Virus record (IMG/VR): IMGVR_UViG_3300047471_001174 | DNA: 62,532 nucleotides | Source of the DNA: an uncultured virus (IMG/VR IMGVR_UViG_3300047471_001174) | Taxonomy: Duplodnaviria > Heunggongvirae > Uroviricota > Caudoviricetes | Direction: 5' to 3' (one strand) | Shown here: positions 8,902 to 18,109 of the stretch, piece after piece | How positions within the stretch are numbered: the stretch's first letter is position 1 | How the letters are laid out: each line of letters begins with the position of its first letter | Notes under the pieces: model-generated | Databases searched by the model: none | Seen by the model: only the letters and a program-made list of their open reading frames with translations | What the model was told of the DNA's origin: nothing | Position numbers and translations under genes: made by a program

Positions 8902-9842
8902 AGTTTTGGCTTCCTCTCGGTTTTGACAATGTGATAATCGTGGCAGTTCAAATGCAACACATCGCACGGCGAACCGACTGCCTGGCCAAGCTCTGTCTTC
9001 TGCAGAATGATGTTTGCGTCATGCCCTCGCCCGAGAACGCGCCAGTTATGTCGCTCCCCCTTCGCGAAGTCGAGCAACTCGTAGTAGTAGACCGGGATGA
9101 GCATTTCTTTCTCGGGCCCACCGCGGTCGTACGTACTGTCTCGTCTCCATCTGTGCTCATAGATCAGATCGGGAACGGCGAACATTCGGTTAGCCGGGTC
9201 AGCCATGAGCCATGTTCGGTTGATATAGAAGCTGTCGGCCGAGTCGTAAACCTGTCGGTGCCTGAGCGTGCTGCGCCAGGGTGCCGCGAGGTAGTCTGGC
9301 TGCTCGTGGTCAAAACGGGGCTTGTCGAAGAATCGATCGAAAGCCTGGTTGAACCGTTGTCGGTTCAATACCCAGTTGCCCGTGTTAACGAAACACCAGA
9401 AGAGCTTCTCGGTGGTCATACGAGCAAAATCACCCGGACCGATGATCTGGCCCCCCATGTGGCGGTAATCAAAGTTGGGCGCCGCGTAAGTCGGGCACAA
9501 CAGACGAGTCGGATCGCCCAGGTTCTCACTGGCAACACGGAGATAGTCCGGTGTGATTGTGTTGTCTGAATCACCAATGATGACCCAGTCACACGTTGAT
9601 CGTCGCACCGATTCGATCTTGTTACCGAAAGGCCCGCGGTTCTCCGGTAGACGAAACATCTTCACCTTTGGCAAATGGGCCACCAGTTTGCACAAGGCGT
9701 CGTAGTCGGACGAACAATCGTCCGAGACCACGATCTCCGTGACTCGGTCATCCTCAATTGGCACCTTGAGACACTCTAGAAACCAGGAACCGTTGCCTGT
9801 CTTGAGCGTCTCGTTGTAAGTCGTCGTCGCGAAACTGAACAT
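8898..9842 (-). CDS. glycosyltransferase family 2 (GT-A fold)
   Basis: TTYN, EIVVSDDCSSD, ENRG, IIGDSDN (DxD). Confidence 0.82.
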   Translation of the reverse strand: MFSFATTTYNETLKTGNGSWFLECLKVPIEDDRVTEIVVSDDCSSDYDALCKLVAHLPKVKMFRLPENRGPFGNKIESVRRSTCDWVIIGDSDNTITPDYLRVASENLGDPTRLLCPTYAAPNFDYRHMGGQIIGPGDFARMTTEKLFWCFVNTGNWVLNRQRFNQAFDRFFDKPRFDHEQPDYLAAPWRSTLRHRQVYDSADSFYINRTWLMADPANRMFAVPDLIYEHRWRRDSTYDRGGPEKEMLIPVYYYELLDFAKGERHNWRVLGRGHDANIILQKTELGQAVGSPCDVLHLNCHDYHIVKTERKPKL

Positions 9843-9844
9843 AG

Positions 9845-11407
9845 TTAACCCTCGTTAGCGGTGCTGTGGACACTTTGGAACGGGCTCTGTAACGGCTCCT
9901 CGTCGCTGAGTGCTGCAACTTCGTCAGCGTAGTTCATCCCACGCCCGGGCTTAGGCAACAGGCGGCTGACCATAGCAGCCAGATCACGTTTAGCAATCTC
10001 ACCAGTCTCGCGGATAACTGTCTGCACATCCTTTTTCGGCTCAGGTACAGCGACATTCGATTCAGCTGTCGTCACAAAGTCAGTCACGTCAGGCAGCTCG
10101 TCGACCGGATGTCCCCATTTCAATTGAAGAGACAACCGTGAGCAGTACTGCACGATAGTTGCACCGGTCTGGCCGACCAGTTTGGCATGAACACGAGCGA
10201 GCAGGGCGTCGTCTGGATCAAAAAATCGGCCGCACAACTTCAGGCAGTTTTCCGACGTAGGCGGCTTGAGCTCAATCATTCGGTCAATTCGTCCAGGACG
10301 GCGGAGGGCCGGATCCAGCTTCTCGACGCAATTGGTTGTGATGATCACCACAAGCCCGTCACTGGTAGCCGCGCCGTCGATGCAGTTAAGAAGCAGGTCG
10401 AATCCTACCTGATCCTCATGACGTGGCGTGCGTCCGTCATAGGCATTGTCGATATCCTCGAGCAACACAATACACGGCCCGTTGCTCAAAGCATAACCCC
10501 AGTGCACCTCGAAATCCTCGTCAGTACAGGTAGGCAAGGCAATTGCGAAAATTGGCATATCCAATTCCTCCCCCAACGCTCGGGCAAAGCTGGTCTTCCC
10601 GCAACCAGGTTGACCAAACAGGCCGATCCCCACTTTCCAGGCGATCATGTGATCGTGATACCACGATTCTTCATGCAGCCACCCCTTAACAAAATCGGCC
10701 AGCTCTTCTGTCTTTTCATCGAATACCAGACCACGGAAGCCTGCTCTGTCGGACATGGCGACAGGCTGGACATCTTCCAGAGAATAATTCAGCGGTAATC
10801 CGGGAAGAATGCTTACCAGGTTACCACTTCCCATGCCCTGAATCGTTCCCCCACGACTGGCTCTCGGTTCATTGCCGTCCTTTGTGACGTACATTCCACG
10901 CTGGCCAAACAGCCTCTTGACGTAAAAACGGCTCTTGCCAGCGTTGTTAATTCGTAGGGCGGCCACCGAGTCAATCATCAACTGGTGAAGATTGAATGTA
11001 CCGCGTAGAAAAGCTAGACTGGCACCAATTCGTCGGTCATCAGTAGGGTCTGATGCTGTGTTCGCCGAGCCGCTTTGCGTGGTCTTCTTGTTCAGCCACA
11101 GAGGTCTCCAACCTTTCCAGTAAATCGTGCCAGCAACCGGCGGCACGGAGAAGAGGACAGGCAATGTTCGACGGCGACGCGGAAGCGGCATCCACCACGT
11201 CAAAAACATGCGTGGACCGTAAGGAGTCGACGTGAAATTCTCAGTCAGATACTGGATGAAGATTTCCGACTGCCACTGATGCATGTCGGCCGTCACGAAC
11301 AGCCAGCTGTACATCCACTGGTAGATCATTCGAACGTACTGCCAGCAAGTGGTCAGCACACCGGTAAGGGCGGCGCCTCCGGCCAGAAGCCAGGTGTATT
11401 CGGGCAT
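9845..11407 (-). CDS. BCS1-like membrane-anchored AAA+ ATPase
   Basis: N-terminal TM helix; Walker A GQPGCGKTS, Walker B LLEDID, LLNCIDG, TTN..EKLDPALRRPGRID. Confidence 0.88.
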   Translation of the reverse strand: MPEYTWLLAGGAALTGVLTTCWQYVRMIYQWMYSWLFVTADMHQWQSEIFIQYLTENFTSTPYGPRMFLTWWMPLPRRRRTLPVLFSVPPVAGTIYWKGWRPLWLNKKTTQSGSANTASDPTDDRRIGASLAFLRGTFNLHQLMIDSVAALRINNAGKSRFYVKRLFGQRGMYVTKDGNEPRASRGGTIQGMGSGNLVSILPGLPLNYSLEDVQPVAMSDRAGFRGLVFDEKTEELADFVKGWLHEESWYHDHMIAWKVGIGLFGQPGCGKTSFARALGEELDMPIFAIALPTCTDEDFEVHWGYALSNGPCIVLLEDIDNAYDGRTPRHEDQVGFDLLLNCIDGAATSDGLVVIITTNCVEKLDPALRRPGRIDRMIELKPPTSENCLKLCGRFFDPDDALLARVHAKLVGQTGATIVQYCSRLSLQLKWGHPVDELPDVTDFVTTAESNVAVPEPKKDVQTVIRETGEIAKRDLAAMVSRLLPKPGRGMNYADEVAALSDEEPLQSPFQSVHSTANEG

Positions 11408-11427
11408 GATAAACTTTCGGTAAGAGG

Positions 11428-11445
11428 TAACTTTACGAAAAGTTA
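11428..11445. promoter_or_regulatory. 18-bp palindrome copy 2 (TAACTTT-ACGA-AAAGTTA)
   Basis: Perfect arms; lies between the tRNA-like RNA and ATG 11407. Confidence 0.7.
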
Positions 11446-11446
11446 A

Positions 11447-11560
11447 CGCTGCGGGTGGGGATCGAACCCACGGGTCTTATACCAATCATGGCTGCCGGGC
11501 AACACTGATCCCGGGATGCTTTCGCCATCGTGTGCTTTGATCACACCAAGCCTCCGCAGC
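11447..11560 (-). ncRNA. tRNA-like RNA with non-canonical core (114 nt)
   Basis: Acceptor GCTGCGG/CCGCAGC and T-arm GTGGG-TTCGATC-CCCAC; D and anticodon arms replaced by three hairpins. Confidence 0.7.
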
Positions 11561-11571
11561 GGCAACACAAA

Positions 11572-12156
11572 TCAAACAATCACAGCCCACGAGGGGTTGC
11601 AGAATTCATGACCAGGGATAACAAACAATTGACGACCGGTCGTCTGGCAGAAGGCATTAACCGCGGCCTGTACACCATATGTCGCACAGTCAGGCACGTA
11701 GTCATGACCGGCAAACACGCCGCCGGTTTTCATCTTCAACAGCCAGGCAAGGATGTCAGCCTCGATCGCCCAGCGATTGTGATTCCCGTCGAGGTAGACA
11801 AAATCAAAATAGTGATCCGGGAAGTCGGTTACGACGTCCAGCGACATGCCACGGATGATCTCGTACGACTCGGCTGGGAATTTGGTCATCCGGGCGTAAC
11901 AATCTGCCATGTTGGCGTCCTGGCCAGCTTGCGGCTGGTTGCAGCCGTCGATGTACTCGGCGACAGGCTGCTCAATCCACGGATCGACCATCCACAACTT
12001 CTTGCCTTTCCATTCCTTTCGCAGGTACTCAGCGTGGCCGCCCTCGGCCGCACCAATTTCAATGCCGAACCCGAGCAAGCCCGCCGCATTCAATACGGCT
12101 GGTAAATGCTCTCGTCCTCGGCACGTTTCAAGTAAATTCGCTAGCGAACTGTCCAT
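11572..12156 (-). CDS. class I SAM-dependent methyltransferase (Methyltransf_24-like)
   Basis: IEIGAAEG, MVDPW, FDFVYLDGNH, GGVFAGHDY. Confidence 0.88.
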   Translation of the reverse strand: MDSSLANLLETCRGREHLPAVLNAAGLLGFGIEIGAAEGGHAEYLRKEWKGKKLWMVDPWIEQPVAEYIDGCNQPQAGQDANMADCYARMTKFPAESYEIIRGMSLDVVTDFPDHYFDFVYLDGNHNRWAIEADILAWLLKMKTGGVFAGHDYVPDCATYGVQAAVNAFCQTTGRQLFVIPGHEFCNPSWAVIV

Positions 12157-12790
12157 ACTGCGTGTCCCTGGCTTGAGTTTCTGGAACTGCCGCACACAGG
12201 TATCGACACCTGATCTGGCCCATCACCCCGTCCAACACTGTATCAGGTTCAGAGCTCGTGTCGTCGACTGCATTCCACGGCTGCGGAAAGAGCAAGCTAT
12301 GCCCTCCGCACGACTTAAATCGCTCGGTGTGGCCGGCGTGATCGTCAATTAACAGAGCTTCTCTGCCGGCCAGAAGATGCCTGTGCTGAATGACTACTAG
12401 ATCGGAGAACTTTCCGTTCACATGGCGTTCACACCATTTCCATTTATCTGTGATAGCCCCTATCCCCCATCGACCGCCAGTCACGATCACCCGCGGTGCC
12501 CGGAGGTTGGTCAGCAGGTTGCGAGCCCACGGATATGGTTTGACCTTTTTCCAGATCAACGCCGAATCGCGAATAAGCAAATCGAACATGTACTTCTTCG
12601 TGACACCCAGTCGATCCTCGATCGTGGCGCCGGCCGGCCAGGGCTCAGCGATCAAACTTGGTCGATCCAGGTGCTCGAATATGGCCGTAGCCAAATTGGC
12701 CAGGACACCTTCAAGGTCGACAAACACCCAGGAAATTGGAATGTCATCTATTCGTCGGGGGGCTTTACCGTTGATATAGCCGTGTGCCAT
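12128..12790 (-). CDS. HAD-family 5'(3')-deoxyribonucleotidase-like protein
   Basis: VFVDLEGVLA motif I variant, K..W, LLIDD, LFPQPWN. Confidence 0.75.
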   Translation of the reverse strand: MAHGYINGKAPRRIDDIPISWVFVDLEGVLANLATAIFEHLDRPSLIAEPWPAGATIEDRLGVTKKYMFDLLIRDSALIWKKVKPYPWARNLLTNLRAPRVIVTGGRWGIGAITDKWKWCERHVNGKFSDLVVIQHRHLLAGREALLIDDHAGHTERFKSCGGHSLLFPQPWNAVDDTSSEPDTVLDGVMGQIRCRYLCAAVPETQARDTQYGQFASEFT

Positions 12791-13704
12791 TACTGACTTT
12801 CGAGAATTTTGATGATCTGCCAGCTCGCAGCCTCTAGCGTAAAGTACAGAGGATAGATGCGATCGAGGTTATCTTGCAATCTCGAAATCTCGTCCTGAGT
12901 CATGCTTTTGAGTTTTTGAGGCAAAGCGGCAATCTCGCTCTCAGGACACAATACACAGAAAGCTGGCCAGTGAATCTCTTTGGCGAACGGAAGCCACGGT
13001 TCGTCATAGATGTAAACGGGGATCGCTCCGAGCTGCATGGCTTCGTAAAGACGAAATGACGTTTTGCCGTACCCACGCGGTGCCAACCCGAAGATTGACG
13101 CTGACAAGCCGATCTCAAATTCAGCCTGGGGGTTCGGCCCAGGCTTGCCGGAGACAACAAACTCCGGATCATGCGCGTCGGCAAAAGCCTTAAACATAGA
13201 CCGCCTGATTCGTGCACCAGCTCCATTCGGGTTCCAGGACGACCGGCCGTGTACACCGGCCTCGGGACCGCCGCAGTTCATCTGACCAGTGAAGAAAGCC
13301 CTGTTCTGCCTGGGTATCCCTCGGCGAGGATGAGCGTCGCACAACAGGGGAATGGCCACATGGCCTGTACCGCCGGCGCCGAACACTTTGATGTTGGGCG
13401 GCAGCGTCTCGTAAGGCCCGTCATCATTCTGAACGACAGTGAAGCAAGGGCCTAATGCGGGACCATGCTGATCGAGCCACTGTTGAATCTCCGGGTCAGC
13501 TCGAAAATCAGCCCGTTTCTCGCGGTTGCGGTAGCTGACGTAATTGTTGGTCCACAGAATGGGCAGGTAGTTCAAATGTGTCTTGATGATGCCGATGTTT
13601 CTTTTGGCAAAATCGAGGAAAAAGCTCTCGATGTTCGTTCGCGTATGCGGCGGGTACGCGTGAAACGGGCTTTGGAAACGTGCTGGCACGTCAACGATTT
13701 GCAT
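12790..13704 (-). CDS. exostosin (GT47) family glycosyltransferase
   Basis: SIFGLAPRGYGKTSFRLYEAMQLGAIPVYI...LPF..EIHW. Confidence 0.88.
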   Translation of the reverse strand: MQIVDVPARFQSPFHAYPPHTRTNIESFFLDFAKRNIGIIKTHLNYLPILWTNNYVSYRNREKRADFRADPEIQQWLDQHGPALGPCFTVVQNDDGPYETLPPNIKVFGAGGTGHVAIPLLCDAHPRRGIPRQNRAFFTGQMNCGGPEAGVHGRSSWNPNGAGARIRRSMFKAFADAHDPEFVVSGKPGPNPQAEFEIGLSASIFGLAPRGYGKTSFRLYEAMQLGAIPVYIYDEPWLPFAKEIHWPAFCVLCPESEIAALPQKLKSMTQDEISRLQDNLDRIYPLYFTLEAASWQIIKILESQ

Positions 13705-13706
13705 TG

Positions 13707-14417
13707 TTATACCACGCGGTAAATTTTGTTGAACTTGGTCTGTTTGTAAAACTCATATCCCTGAGCAAACAGTAGCTGGTCCCAGTCGCCCGACAAGTCG
13801 ACACCCGTGTTGTTGTCCGTGTAAGAGATGTACTCGACGCACATCACCTTCGGTCTGAAGACGCTAAAATCAATCCCCTCGATCACCTCTCGCTCGTGAC
13901 CTTCGACATCAATTGAACACAAGTCCCACGCGCCGCGTTCAATTGCCGAACGCATAAACCCGGGGAACTGTCGCAAGATCTCAGTCAGCGTCATCGTCTC
14001 GACGACAATGTGTGTTCTGACGTCTATCGGCCAGTCAGCCTGCAGAGAACTCACCGACCCGCAGTATCTAAGCAAGGCGTAACCGGTCTTGTTTGACGCG
14101 GCAACAGGGAAGATGGCATCCCCAGGACGGTGACGCAATAACCGTGGCTGGAACATGGGCACAGGCTCCACGAGCAGACCACGCCAGCCTCGTTTGTAGA
14201 ATTTCCAGGTGTTGCTGCACTCAGACTGGTGGTACGACCCGACGTCAACATAGAGTCCGTACGGATTGGGCAACAGCTCGGCCAGGATCTCGTCCTCTTC
14301 AGCCTGACTGCCGTGGTCTTTGACAATTGGATGCAGATCAAGATAGGTGTGCAGCCCCTCGCTGATCTGTTGGTACTCTCGCAAGTATTCGTAGCTGGTC
14401 GGATGGTTTGACATCAC
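13707..14417 (-). CDS. FkbM family methyltransferase
   Basis: SQAEED, YVDVGS, SNT, GWRGLLVEP, SIDVEGHE. Confidence 0.9.
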   Translation of the reverse strand: MMSNHPTSYEYLREYQQISEGLHTYLDLHPIVKDHGSQAEEDEILAELLPNPYGLYVDVGSYHQSECSNTWKFYKRGWRGLLVEPVPMFQPRLLRHRPGDAIFPVAASNKTGYALLRYCGSVSSLQADWPIDVRTHIVVETMTLTEILRQFPGFMRSAIERGAWDLCSIDVEGHEREVIEGIDFSVFRPKVMCVEYISYTDNNTGVDLSGDWDQLLFAQGYEFYKQTKFNKIYRVV

Positions 14418-15103
14418 AATCCCTGTCGTGCCAGTAAAACGTTGTAATTCTCGTAAATGCCGATCGGTTTGAACCCTTGAAACGCAGCCACCAGATCATT
14501 AACCAGCCAGCAACCTGTGTACTCCTCAATCACAGAAAACTCGGCATACACAAAACGTGTACGATTCAAAAATGTATCCTGTCCGCCGGCGAACACCAGC
14601 CGCTCGGCTCCCTGTACGTCCATCCACACAAAATCGACCGTGCGGCCAGGAATCACTCGGGTGGCCCAGTCGTCTAAACGCATCGTGGGCACTTCGCACT
14701 TACGATCGAATGTGCACCACGGATGCTGCCATAGATGGGCATTCGGGGGCAACAGACTGGACGACATGTCCCAGTCTTCACGGTCAGCTCCAGCAGTGGT
14801 TCCACCGCTCATATGCAACGTCATGACGCTATTTTTGTCGGCCAGAGCCATCTCGTGCAGGTGAATCCGCGGGTCTTGAATCCTGGCTTTGAATTTGGCG
14901 ATTGGACGTGGATCGCACTCAAACGCATGTAGTTCACCCTTGGCAAACTGCGTCATGAATTCCTGCGTGTCTTGCCCGTCGTTGCAGCCGATCTCCAGGA
15001 TGAGGGGGGCATGCGTGCGGACCAGCATGAAGATGTCCCGTTTGGACAGCTTCTTGGGGAATCGAGTCACCTCTGGTAGGACAGACGGATCGAGCTTGGC
15101 CAT
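14414..15103 (-). CDS. FkbM family methyltransferase
   Basis: LEIGCNDG, HAFECDP, SSSLL, RLDDW, WMDVQGAE. Confidence 0.9.
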   Translation of the reverse strand: MAKLDPSVLPEVTRFPKKLSKRDIFMLVRTHAPLILEIGCNDGQDTQEFMTQFAKGELHAFECDPRPIAKFKARIQDPRIHLHEMALADKNSVMTLHMSGGTTAGADREDWDMSSSLLPPNAHLWQHPWCTFDRKCEVPTMRLDDWATRVIPGRTVDFVWMDVQGAERLVFAGGQDTFLNRTRFVYAEFSVIEEYTGCWLVNDLVAAFQGFKPIGIYENYNVLLARQGL

Positions 15104-15112
15104 GCTTCACTT

Positions 15113-15925
15113 TCAGTCTGTCAGGATGGTTGCTCGGCCGGCAACCTGTTGTAAGAAATGCCGTTTCAGTCGGTCAGTTCGTTCTTCAGATACGAAACCC
15201 TTCTTCAGGAGCCCGAGCATAAACCCGCCCTGGCAGCACTGTTCGATTTCCGGTATCAACGCATCGTGTGTCTCAGCAAACCGGTTTGTCCAATTGGCGA
15301 TCTCCTCGTAGGTGGCCCCGTTGAGTGAGCCGCCAAACGTGTGCGCCTCCATAGTCAAGTAGTCTGCCGATCGAACAGCTTCATCGCTCTGTCTATTTCG
15401 CATCATGGACCACTCGCCGCCCTCGCAATCGATTTTGACTACCAGACCATCAGTTTTGGTTTTGAATTTTGCGACCAGCGTGTGCAGCGACCGGCCGATA
15501 CATCCGACGTTATGCGTAGTCTTGTCGCGGTCAACTGGGTCAGTCCAGACGTCGCTCTTGAAATAGCCGTGAGCACCGGTAATCAAGTTTGGATCTTTGC
15601 TTCCACAATGAAGCATCTCGATCCCGTCGTCACCCAAAGCGGCGACTATCAGTCGGATACGCTGCCCGGAAATCATTCGGCACAATGCGGGCTGGTTGCC
15701 AGTTGGCGGTTCAACGCAGATGATCTCCGCCTCAGGCCACAGCAGACGGCACGCGGTCGAAGCCATGCCAACGTGGGCGCCGATATCCAAGACACGTCCG
15801 ACTGGTCTCTGCAAGAGCTGGAAACCGTATACGTCGTTCAGGAAGATTTCTTCGTAAACGAAGTTGCAGGCACTTTTGGCCATGGTCAAATGTGGTTCAT
15901 CAAGTTGAAGCATGTCGTCTTTCAA
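15113..15925 (-). CDS. FkbM family methyltransferase
   Basis: EIF..DVY, VLDIGAHVG, CVEP, VKIDCEGGE. Confidence 0.88.
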   Translation of the reverse strand: MKDDMLQLDEPHLTMAKSACNFVYEEIFLNDVYGFQLLQRPVGRVLDIGAHVGMASTACRLLWPEAEIICVEPPTGNQPALCRMISGQRIRLIVAALGDDGIEMLHCGSKDPNLITGAHGYFKSDVWTDPVDRDKTTHNVGCIGRSLHTLVAKFKTKTDGLVVKIDCEGGEWSMMRNRQSDEAVRSADYLTMEAHTFGGSLNGATYEEIANWTNRFAETHDALIPEIEQCCQGGFMLGLLKKGFVSEERTDRLKRHFLQQVAGRATILTD

Positions 15926-16128
15926 TCGATAACTAAGATGTTCAACCCGAGGGCGTTAAACGCCTTCAGACCTGGGGCCGGTCCGTCGCCCGGGTTATAG
16001 CAACAGTAACGCATGCCATCTACCTGTTTTTCAGTTAGTCTGATGGAAAACAGCCCCTGCTCTTTAACGAATTTTTTCAATTCACACCAAAAATCCCGAG
16101 AACGCCAGAGGTCATCCATGCTGGTCAA
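15922..16128 (-). CDS. small hypothetical protein
   Basis: Fills the gap between two cluster genes, overlapping both. Confidence 0.5.
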   Translation of the reverse strand: MTSMDDLWRSRDFWCELKKFVKEQGLFSIRLTEKQVDGMRYCCYNPGDGPAPGLKAFNALGLNILVID

Positions 16129-17113
16129 TCTCCTCGACTACCTTGGCCTTCTTTACCTGCTCGGCAATCCACGGGTACGTCCGTTCCAGCCCCGAACGCA
16201 GATCGATCCCAGGCACCCAGCCAACCGTCTGTTGGAGCCGTGTACAATCGGCGTTTCGCCCACGAACTCCTTCCGGCTTACTGGTATCGTGAAATTTGGT
16301 GATCTTCTTACCGGCGATGCTAGCTACCAGATCGTACAGGCCATCGACGCTAATCAGCTCGTCTCGCCCCAGATTGAGCGGGTCTCCGTAGTCTGACGCC
16401 ATGATCCGTATCAGGCCCTCGACACAGTCATCGACGTGCATAAACGATCGGGTACATAACCCGTCGCCCCAAACCTGCACCTCACCGCCCTCTGGCGGCA
16501 ATTCGGCGATCTTGCGGCAGACGGCGGCCGGCGCCTTCTCGCGACCGCCACGCCAGGTACCATCGGCCCCGTAGCAGTTATGAAAACGGACAATCCTCGA
16601 GTCCAGCCCGTAGTCCTTTCGGTAGTACTTAAGAAGCTGCTCCATGTAGAGCTTCTCGAATCCGTAGCCCGGCTCGGGGTCGTACGGGAAGTCATCATCT
16701 TCAGTGAGCGGAACGGAATCGGTGAAGTTCTGCTTGTATCGTGCCAGAACGCACGCCGTGCTGGAGAAGCACAGTTTAATGTCGGATCCGCCAAATCGGC
16801 GAACGCTCTCCAGAACCTTCAAATGAATTTGCGTGTTGTTACGGGCAACATCCGCCAGTGACGCGGTAATGAAGCCAATACCGCCCATGTCGGCAGCCAA
16901 GTGGTAAACCTCGTTGATCGCGTACTCATCAAGCAAGTCATCCAGACCAACGCCTGAACGCAGGTCTCGCTTGTAGAATCGGCTGGCCTGAGACGGCGAA
17001 AACTCGGGCGTCTTAATATCGACGCCCAGTACAACATGCCCCTGGGCTACCAGGGCATTGACAAGATGATGACCGATGAAACCACCGGCCCCCGTGACAA
17101 TGATCTTCTTCAT
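16112..17113 (-). CDS. NAD-dependent epimerase, GDP-mannose 3,5-epimerase-like
   Basis: GAGGFIG, HLAADMGGIGFI, YGFEK (YxxxK), GTWRGGREKAPAAVCRK, PEGVRGRN, all characteristic of the GME subfamily. Confidence 0.88.
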   Translation of the reverse strand: MKKIIVTGAGGFIGHHLVNALVAQGHVVLGVDIKTPEFSPSQASRFYKRDLRSGVGLDDLLDEYAINEVYHLAADMGGIGFITASLADVARNNTQIHLKVLESVRRFGGSDIKLCFSSTACVLARYKQNFTDSVPLTEDDDFPYDPEPGYGFEKLYMEQLLKYYRKDYGLDSRIVRFHNCYGADGTWRGGREKAPAAVCRKIAELPPEGGEVQVWGDGLCTRSFMHVDDCVEGLIRIMASDYGDPLNLGRDELISVDGLYDLVASIAGKKITKFHDTSKPEGVRGRNADCTRLQQTVGWVPGIDLRSGLERTYPWIAEQVKKAKVVEEIDQHG

Positions 17114-17427
17114 TCTGCACCTTTCGGTCGGTATAGATCAAATCCTTGCAAAGTCTGACGCGGATCGTCACGAACGATAGAACAAACCGCAGGCAAGCCC
17201 ATGGCAGCTAAGACACCGTTCAACAGGCCTAACGTGCCAACCATACTCCGTTCATCCTGCAATACGCGAATCGGATCGCAAATTATATGCGGATGATTGG
17301 TCATCTTGTCGTTGCACGGCACTCGATTAGCGATTAACGCATGCATGGCTGCCGGATCCGAATGAAACGCTGTGTTCAGACAATCAACAGCCTTCTGAAC
17401 AAACTCTCTGCGATCGACATCAGTCAT
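17110..17427 (-). CDS. hypothetical phage protein
   Basis: 105-aa ORF overlapping both neighbours. Confidence 0.7.
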   Translation of the reverse strand: MTDVDRREFVQKAVDCLNTAFHSDPAAMHALIANRVPCNDKMTNHPHIICDPIRVLQDERSMVGTLGLLNGVLAAMGLPAVCSIVRDDPRQTLQGFDLYRPKGAE

Positions 17428-18109
17428 TTTTCACTTTGTACTTTTCCAGAACACCGAGCAGCAATCCTTGCTCCGCCGGGTCCAATTCCCAGACACCCTG
17501 CTTCCCATCAAGGTGTTTCATAATGTGCCGGGCGTTCCAGGTATTAAAACCGTGGCACATCCGCACGTAAAGACCAGCTTCAGTCTTGTTTCGAATTAGG
17601 ATGCGTTTCGGGCCCCAGTTGCGTAGCCAAAAATCTGAATCCTCAGCTTTGGCCTTGGGCGGGTATCGGCCGGCGCCCCGCGGATGAAGAATAGATCCAG
17701 CAATGCCCTCTTTACAGCCGTATCGAAAAGAGCAATTGGACACAAACGAGTAACGGATCTGATACTCGAGCAACACGCAGGCGTCTTTCACGGCGAATGC
17801 CATCTGCCGCTCGATCCGCTCCGGGTGGTACCAGTCATCGTCATCGGTCTGCGTAATGAACTGGCCCTTGGCCACGTCCAATCCGATGTTTCTGAGCTCA
17901 CCCAGCACCTTCCCTTTGGGGACGCGGACCTCTCTCAATCGGTGGTCGGCTGGCCTGGTTATCGTATAATCGCCGTCGTTGATGACGATCAATTCGAGAT
18001 TGGTGTAAGTCTGTTGGAGCACCGAATCGACGGCGATCTCAGCCAGCCGCTGGCGAGCCGGGTCTTTACCGGTGATCATCACAGCCGTTACGAGAGGTTT
18101 TGCTTTCAC
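17420..18109 (-). CDS. glycosyltransferase family 2
   Basis: SVLQQTYTNLELIVINDG, LGELRN, TDDDDWYHPERI, AEDSDF. Confidence 0.9.
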   Translation of the reverse strand: MKAKPLVTAVMITGKDPARQRLAEIAVDSVLQQTYTNLELIVINDGDYTITRPADHRLREVRVPKGKVLGELRNIGLDVAKGQFITQTDDDDWYHPERIERQMAFAVKDACVLLEYQIRYSFVSNCSFRYGCKEGIAGSILHPRGAGRYPPKAKAEDSDFWLRNWGPKRILIRNKTEAGLYVRMCHGFNTWNARHIMKHLDGKQGVWELDPAEQGLLLGVLEKYKVKND

